DNA of 64,000 bases from an uncultured Spirochaetota bacterium (GTDB lineage: Bacteria > Spirochaetota > Spirochaetia > SZUA-6 > Fen-1364), in the NCBI GenBank assembly GCA_963745235.1, contig CAVUXE010000054.1, positions 32,001-96,000 on the forward strand, given 5' to 3'. Positions 58,776-64,000 of the stretch are shown piece after piece. The notes beneath the pieces are model-generated. The model was given only the letters and a program-made list of their open reading frames with translations, ran no database searches and was not told where the DNA came from. A program made the translations under genes and the position numbers. Position 1 is the first letter of the stretch. Each line of letters starts with the position of its first letter.

Positions 58776-59746
58776 TCCTGCGTCTTCCTCTGGCGCAGCA
58801 TATCCAGCATGACGGCAACCAGGAGGATGAGGCCGGAGAGGAACTGGTTGTAGTAGATGGAAACGCCCAGCAGCTGAAGGCCGTTCAGGATCAATCCTAC
58901 GATGACGGCGCCGATGATTGTCTTGCCGATGGAGCCTCGGCCGCCCAGGATGCTCGTGCCGCCGATCACCACCGCGGTGATCACCTGGAACTCGAGCCCT
59001 TCGGCAAGGATAGCGGCGGCCGCGTTCATTCGGGAGATTGTGGTGAGCCCGGCGATTGCGCACAGGGCGCCCGTGATCGCATAGATGGAGATGAGAATTG
59101 CTTTCACCCGGATCCCGACGATCCGGGATGCGGTGGGGTTGTTTCCAACCGCATAGATCTTTCTGCCGAATGCGGTCTTGCTCAGGACGAAGATCCCGAT
59201 GGCGACGAGAACGATGGTCAGGTACACGACAATGGGGATCCCCAGGATGCGGCCCTGGCCGAGCACCAGGAATGACTTGGCAAATCCGTACGATGCCTGG
59301 GCCCGGGTGTAGATGAGCACCAGTCCGCGGGTGATGCTCAGCATTGCCAGCGTGACGATAAGCGCCGGAATGCGAAGCACCGCTGTGCAGAACCCGTTGA
59401 ATGCTCCCGCGGCTGTTCCCACGAGCAGCGCGATGACAATGGGGACGACAATCGGGATGTCCTTGTTCTGGAGTACGGACCCCGCAATTGCGGCCGAAAG
59501 GGCAAGGATCCCGCCAACAGATACATCGATCCCGCCGGTGAGGATCACCATGGTCATGCCGATGCCGACAATCGAAATCACGGAAATGCTGATGATGATG
59601 TTGATGACGTTCTCGAAGCTGAAGAACACCGGCTCCGCAATTCCAATGACCAGGCACATGACGATGATGACCAGGATCAGGATCCAGGACTCGGGAAGCT
59701 TCAGCTTTGCACGCGCCAGGGGTCGTTGCGGTGTTGTGCTCATCAC
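58772..59746 (-). CDS. sugar ABC permease (RbsC-like)
   Basis: GMTMVILTGGIDVSVG, IPALIVTL, FGRKIYAVGNN, VITAVVIGGTS..GG.G. Confidence 0.92.
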   Translation of the reverse strand: MMSTTPQRPLARAKLKLPESWILILVIIVMCLVIGIAEPVFFSFENVINIIISISVISIVGIGMTMVILTGGIDVSVGGILALSAAIAGSVLQNKDIPIVVPIVIALLVGTAAGAFNGFCTAVLRIPALIVTLAMLSITRGLVLIYTRAQASYGFAKSFLVLGQGRILGIPIVVYLTIVLVAIGIFVLSKTAFGRKIYAVGNNPTASRIVGIRVKAILISIYAITGALCAIAGLTTISRMNAAAAILAEGLEFQVITAVVIGGTSILGGRGSIGKTIIGAVIVGLILNGLQLLGVSIYYNQFLSGLILLVAVMLDMLRQRKTQE

Positions 59747-61276
59747 CTAATCTCCTGTCAATCGCGAAAGTACGTCACGCGGAGTCGCGCCGCGAAGCCC
59801 TTCGTATTCGACCAGCCTCCCGCCCTTCAGGAGAAAGAGCCTGTCCGAGATTGCGAGCGCTTCGCGGTGGTCCGAGGTGAGCACAAGGATTGCTCTTTGC
59901 TCTTTCCTGAGCGCGCGCAGGATCCGGTAGAACTCGTTCCGTGCTCCGACATCGACGCCCTTGGTTGGCTCATCCAGGATGAGGACTTTCTGGTCCGCCA
60001 GGAGCCACCTGCCAAGGAGGACTTTCTGCTGGTTTCCGCCGCTGAGCTGCCTGATTTCCTGGGAAGGTGAGGCGATCCTTATGTCCAGGGAATCAACGGC
60101 TTCGGACACCAGTCGCGACTCATGGGACGTGTTGACGATGCCGAATACGCCGCGCAGCCTTTCAAGGATGGCCATTGAACAGTTGCGCGTCACGGAGAGG
60201 AAGCGGAAGACGCCGTTTCGATACCTGTCTTCCGTCACGTAGCCGAGCCCGCTCCTGATGGCCAGAAGCGGCGAGAGACGGTCAACGCGCTTTCCCTGGA
60301 TCTCGATGTGGCCGTGAGACGGCCGGGAAAGACCGAAGCAGAGGTCAGCCATTTCAGTCTTGCCTGAGCCCAGGAGCCCCAGGATCCCGACGATCTGGCC
60401 AAAGGGCACCTTCAGGCAGACCCCCTGGAAGAAGTGCTTGTACGACACATCGCAGAGCTCGAGGGCAGCCTCTCCTTCGGAAGGGCTTTCCCCCCGCTCG
60501 TCCGCCTGCCGTCCGCCCCCTTCTTCGATCTGCTCCCCGACGATCTTCTCTATGAGGAACTCTTTCGTGAGATCGACGTTCGCGTAGGTGCCGACCTTGC
60601 GCCCGTCACGGATGACGGTGATCATGTCGCAGATGGAGAGGACTTCCTCCAGGATGTGGCTTATGAAGATGACGGAAATCCCCCGAGCCTTGAGGGAGCG
60701 CATCACCTCGAAGAGCTTGTTCTTCTCCGAGTCACCGAGTGAGGCAGTCGGCTCATCAAGGACAACCACCCGGGCGTTCTGCGACACGTTGGAGATGATC
60801 TCGACGAGCTGTTTCTGTCCTATGCTCAGCTGGAAGACCTTCGTGTCCGGGTCGATGTCCAGGTTGTACTCCCGCAGAAGCGCGCGCGCCCGTTCCCTGC
60901 CCTTTTTCCAGTCAATGGTCCCGAGCCGGGTGCGGGGGTAGCTGTTCACGCAGATGTTTTCCAGGATGGAAAGATAGGGGAAGACGGACAGGTCCTGGTG
61001 CACGAATGTGACTCCGAGCTGGCTCACCAGGATGGGATCCGGCCTCTCTATCTTCTGGCCCTGGACCGTGATGCTGCCCCTCTCCGGCGCGTACAGGCCG
61101 TTGAGGAGCTTTATGAACGTGGATTTGCCCGCCCCGTTCTCTCCCAGCAGGCCGTGGATCTCGCCGTAGCCAAGCTGGAAATCGAAGCCGGAGAGCGCGT
61201 GCACTCCGGGAAATGACTTGGACAGGTCCCGCGTCTGAAGGATGTAGTCTTTGTCCCGCATCTGTCTGGTCCTCAC
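59747..61276 (-). CDS. sugar ABC ATPase (RbsA-like, double domain)
   Basis: KSFPGV.AL, GENGAGKST, LDEPT, TEDR, LSGGNQQK, DEPTKGVDVGA. Confidence 0.93.
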   Translation of the reverse strand: MRTRQMRDKDYILQTRDLSKSFPGVHALSGFDFQLGYGEIHGLLGENGAGKSTFIKLLNGLYAPERGSITVQGQKIERPDPILVSQLGVTFVHQDLSVFPYLSILENICVNSYPRTRLGTIDWKKGRERARALLREYNLDIDPDTKVFQLSIGQKQLVEIISNVSQNARVVVLDEPTASLGDSEKNKLFEVMRSLKARGISVIFISHILEEVLSICDMITVIRDGRKVGTYANVDLTKEFLIEKIVGEQIEEGGGRQADERGESPSEGEAALELCDVSYKHFFQGVCLKVPFGQIVGILGLLGSGKTEMADLCFGLSRPSHGHIEIQGKRVDRLSPLLAIRSGLGYVTEDRYRNGVFRFLSVTRNCSMAILERLRGVFGIVNTSHESRLVSEAVDSLDIRIASPSQEIRQLSGGNQQKVLLGRWLLADQKVLILDEPTKGVDVGARNEFYRILRALRKEQRAILVLTSDHREALAISDRLFLLKGGRLVEYEGLRGATPRDVLSRLTGD

Positions 61277-61314
61277 CGCGGGCGAACCCGTGAGCTCTCA
61301 GCGCCTCAATGCAG

Positions 61315-61346
61315 ATCGAGGGAGAGTGGTGTCACTCTCCCTCGAT
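61315..61346 (-). terminator. intercistronic stem-loop after the sugar SBP gene
   Basis: Perfect 14-bp stem ATCGAGGGAGAGTG / CACTCTCCCTCGAT with a 4-nt loop. Confidence 0.7.
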
Positions 61347-61353
61347 TGTTTCG

Positions 61354-62349
61354 CTAGTCAAGCTGCTTCCACTTCCTGTCGCCCCACAGGTGCTTGAAGT
61401 CCCCGATATTCCTGTACGTTACAACATCCCCGCCGAAATACAAGGTGGTGGGGATCAGGTCAGACCGCCCGTTGATCCACTTGTCTGCCATGATTCCCGT
61501 CCAGACTCCCTGCAGGTAGGGATACTGGGAGAAGCACGCCGCCACATCGCCGTTTCGGATGGCATCCAGGGTCTCGGGGTTTCCATCAACGCCGACCACG
61601 ATGGGCGCTCCCGGCGTGCCCGGCTGCTTGAAGAGGTTCAGCTCTTTCAGGGCCGCCGCGGCGGGCTTTGCGAGCAGGTCCGTTCCCAGGATGAACACGT
61701 TGGCGTCCCTGTGCTTCAACAGAATATCCTTGAACAGGGGGATGTGGGCTTCGAAGGGATCTCCGCCGCCTCCCGCGCCGCCGATCTCACCGACCACATC
61801 GTACTTTCCCTTGTACTTCAGGGCCATCTCATCCATGAACCCGTCCACGCGATCCACCAGCGGGACCACGTTGACCGCGAAGTAGTCCTTGATGATGTGC
61901 GCCGGAGCCCCCTTGAGCTCCTTGATGACGAAGTCCGCAAGGGCTGCGCCCGCCTTCCTGTTGTCCGTGATGAGGAAGCTGTCGGTGGGCGTGTTGATGT
62001 CCCGGTCAATGCAGAAGACCGGTATCCCGTCCGCCCGCAGTTTCTCCACGGCGGGCGAGACGGAGGCGTAATCATAGGCAATCAGGGCAACCGCCTGGAC
62101 CTTCTGCGTATCGAAGTTCATGAGCTGCTGCAGCTGCTGAGCGGGGTCGTTGGCTGCATTCGTCACGATGACCTTGTAGCCCATTCCCTCCATGGTATCC
62201 TTGAGGCCGTTTGCGGCCGCCCAGTAGAACGGGGCTGTCGCAAAGGGAAGACTGAAGCCAATCGTACCCGGCTTCACCCTGGCCTGGGCCGTCACGGTCA
62301 TGGAAACGACAACCAGCAGGCTCAGGAGAACAAGCAGGCCTTTTCTCAT
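61354..62349 (-). CDS. sugar ABC substrate-binding protein (RbsB-like)
   Basis: Signal peptide, IGFS...PFY, A.ND...Q, IPVFCIDR, TDN..AG, R.DGF, VGVDG, Q.PY. Confidence 0.9.
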   Translation of the reverse strand: MRKGLLVLLSLLVVVSMTVTAQARVKPGTIGFSLPFATAPFYWAAANGLKDTMEGMGYKVIVTNAANDPAQQLQQLMNFDTQKVQAVALIAYDYASVSPAVEKLRADGIPVFCIDRDINTPTDSFLITDNRKAGAALADFVIKELKGAPAHIIKDYFAVNVVPLVDRVDGFMDEMALKYKGKYDVVGEIGGAGGGGDPFEAHIPLFKDILLKHRDANVFILGTDLLAKPAAAALKELNLFKQPGTPGAPIVVGVDGNPETLDAIRNGDVAACFSQYPYLQGVWTGIMADKWINGRSDLIPTTLYFGGDVVTYRNIGDFKHLWGDRKWKQLD

Positions 62350-62396
62350 AGTGCTACCTCCATGGCGCGGATATTTTTGCACACGGCAAATCCGTT

Positions 62397-62448
62397 GTCA
62401 ATAAAAATCTATAATCTTATTAGTAAAAGATTATAATGTTATATTGAC
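62397..62448. promoter_or_regulatory. symmetric divergent promoter/operator
   Basis: GTCAATA-N6-TATAATCTT-N8-AAGATTATA-N6-TATTGAC nested dyad with outward-facing TTGAC on both strands. Confidence 0.7.
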
Positions 62449-62480
62449 TTCCGGCCGCGGGGGCCGCTATGATCCGGGGT

Positions 62481-63620
62481 ATGGCAAAAGAGATCAGGAT
62501 GCCGAAGCTGGGGCAGACCTCTGAGGAGGTGCATCTGATCCGCTGGCACGTCACGGCGGGGGACACGGTGAGAAAGGGAGACCCGCTGTGCGAGGTGGAG
62601 AACGACAAGACCACCATGGACCTGGAAAGCTTCGCGGACGGGACGGTGCTCCGGCTGGTGGCCCAGCCGGACTCGGTGGTGAGCGCGGGGGCGGTGATCG
62701 CGCTCATCGGCGAGCCTGGCGAGGTGACGGCGGGCAATCCGGCCCCTGAGGCTCCACCGACCCCGCCGGTGGACGTCCTGGCACCGGAATCCCCCCGCCG
62801 CCACGCGGAGAACACGGTGACGGCAACCAGGCTCGTCCGTCATCTCGCCGAGAAGCGGGGAATCGACCTTGCTTCGGTGAGGGGCACGGGTCCCTCCGGC
62901 CTCGTCGTCATCAAGGACCTGGAGGCGCCGAAAGCGGCCGCGCCGGGGGCGGCCGCCGCCCTGAGCGAGCAGCAGCTGCAGCTCGGGCGTCTCCTTGCGG
63001 AAAGCAAGGCGCGCGTGCCGCACTACTACCTGGAGAGCACGTTCCTCTGTGAGAGGCTTCTGGAGCTCCGCGAGAAGAAGCGCGCGCGGGAGGGGGACAC
63101 GCCGGCGGTGGATTCGCTTTTCATCCTGGCGGTGGCCGCAGTCCTGCGGCGCTTCGCGCGGATCAATTCCTCCTTCCGGGACGGGAGCCTTCACCCATCG
63201 GACAGGATCAATATCGCTTTTGCGACATCCGTGGGTGACGAGCTCTTCGCGCCCGTGGTCCGTGACGCGGACAGGAAGAACCTCGAAGAGATTGACCGTG
63301 ACGTGAGGCGGCTGACGGCGAAGGCGAGAAACGGCAGGCTGGAGCGGGAGGACATTTTCGATGCCACCTTCACCATCAGCAACCTGGGGATGTACCCCGT
63401 GGATTCCTTCCAGGCCATCATCACTCCGCCGCAAGTAGCGGTCCTGGCCATCGGGAGGATCCGCAGGATCATGGACGTGGAGGACAACAACTCGTTCCGC
63501 GTGCGGCCGGTATGCTCTGTCTGGGGAAGCTTCGATCACCGCGCGGTGAACGGGGCGCAGGGGGCAGAGTTTCTGCAGGCGCTGAAGCGGTTCGTTGAGG
63601 AGGAGATCAATCTCATATGA
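62481..63620 (+). CDS. dihydrolipoamide acyltransferase E2 (acetoin/pyruvate dehydrogenase-type)
   Basis: MPKLG, VENDKTT lipoyl Lys, E3-binding GIDL..V.GTGP.G, TFTISNLG, FDHRAVNG. Confidence 0.93.
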   Translation: MAKEIRMPKLGQTSEEVHLIRWHVTAGDTVRKGDPLCEVENDKTTMDLESFADGTVLRLVAQPDSVVSAGAVIALIGEPGEVTAGNPAPEAPPTPPVDVLAPESPRRHAENTVTATRLVRHLAEKRGIDLASVRGTGPSGLVVIKDLEAPKAAAPGAAAALSEQQLQLGRLLAESKARVPHYYLESTFLCERLLELREKKRAREGDTPAVDSLFILAVAAVLRRFARINSSFRDGSLHPSDRINIAFATSVGDELFAPVVRDADRKNLEEIDRDVRRLTAKARNGRLEREDIFDATFTISNLGMYPVDSFQAIITPPQVAVLAIGRIRRIMDVEDNNSFRVRPVCSVWGSFDHRAVNGAQGAEFLQALKRFVEEEINLI

Positions 63621-64000
63621 GGAAGGAAAAGGCAACGCTTGACGGGGCGGTGGAGAAAGTCGGCGCCGAAAGAGCGATACGCATGTACACCACCATGGTG
63701 GAGATCCGGGAGTTCGAGGACAAGATCAGGTTCCTGTTCCTGGAAGGAAACATGCCGGGGACCGTCCACCAGTATATCGGCCAGGAAGCATGCGCCGCCG
63801 GGGTATGCGCCGCGCTCCAGGCGGATGACGTCATCGCCTCGACGCACCGCCCCCATGGACACGCCATCGCGCGGGGCCTTTCCATGGAGTCGATTGCCGC
63901 GGAGCTCTACGGAAGGAAAACCGGATGCTGCAAGGGAAAAGGCGGCTCCATGCACATCGGTGATCTGCCGCGGGGGATGCTTCCGGCCATCGCAACCGTC
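63617..64000 (+). CDS. TPP-dependent dehydrogenase E1 alpha (AcoA/PdhA-like), 5' part
   Basis: Hand translation: MY..MVEIREFED, PGTVHQYIGQEA, STHRPHGH, GKGGSMH; ATGA-coupled to E2; runs off the window. Confidence 0.9.
   Translation, partial: MRKEKATLDGAVEKVGAERAIRMYTTMVEIREFEDKIRFLFLEGNMPGTVHQYIGQEACAAGVCAALQADDVIASTHRPHGHAIARGLSMESIAAELYGRKTGCCKGKGGSMHIGDLPRGMLPAIATV

Noticed and set aside
58776-59657. 797-aa kinase with a His/Arg-rich N-terminus
   Set aside because: Alternative frame of the permease; the FGGY fold starts at 58775.
63530-63555. E2 active site DHRAVNG rather than DHRxxDG
   Set aside because: The Asn variant is known in active E2 enzymes such as Azotobacter E2p.
1-64000. 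CRISPR arrays, tRNA/rRNA, prophage or integron
   Set aside because: No regularly spaced repeats, cloverleaf or rRNA-like tracts, phage genes or integrase seen by eye; intergenic gaps are short.

Overview
High-GC bacterial chromosomal window with about 62 densely packed genes. The gene content suggests an anaerobic or facultative fermenter; the signal-peptide ankyrin protein and ABC repertoire hint at a free-living Spirochaetia, but this is only a weak inference. No rRNA, tRNA, CRISPR array or prophage is visible. Main blocks: glutaredoxin plus ferredoxin:thioredoxin-reductase/rubredoxin fusion; a metal/metalloid cluster (SnoaL-arsR-arsC-acr3, SCO, DtxR/MntR-mntH-usp); a large-SBP peptide ABC operon; catE and acid-sugar kinase genes; an orphan anaerobic sulfatase maturase; a divergent GAPDH; aspS; a class II aldolase with a probable microcompartment encapsulation peptide; and a sugar ABC/FGGY operon divergent from E2-E1alpha genes. 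The best candidate for an undescribed system is an 11.4-kb module (33990-45422): class V aminotransferase, Dpp/Opp transporter and non-pyrrolysine MttB, convergent with a U32-like gene and IclR. The two promoter regions share a conserved tandem operator-like sequence (30/38 nt identical by manual alignment). The binding-protein gene of this module is split by an intact Mutator-like IS with a target-site duplication. Several genes look leaderless (-10 box 7-8 nt before ATG). About ten single-base frameshifts are most likely sequencing errors. All family calls are from motif recognition, not database searches.
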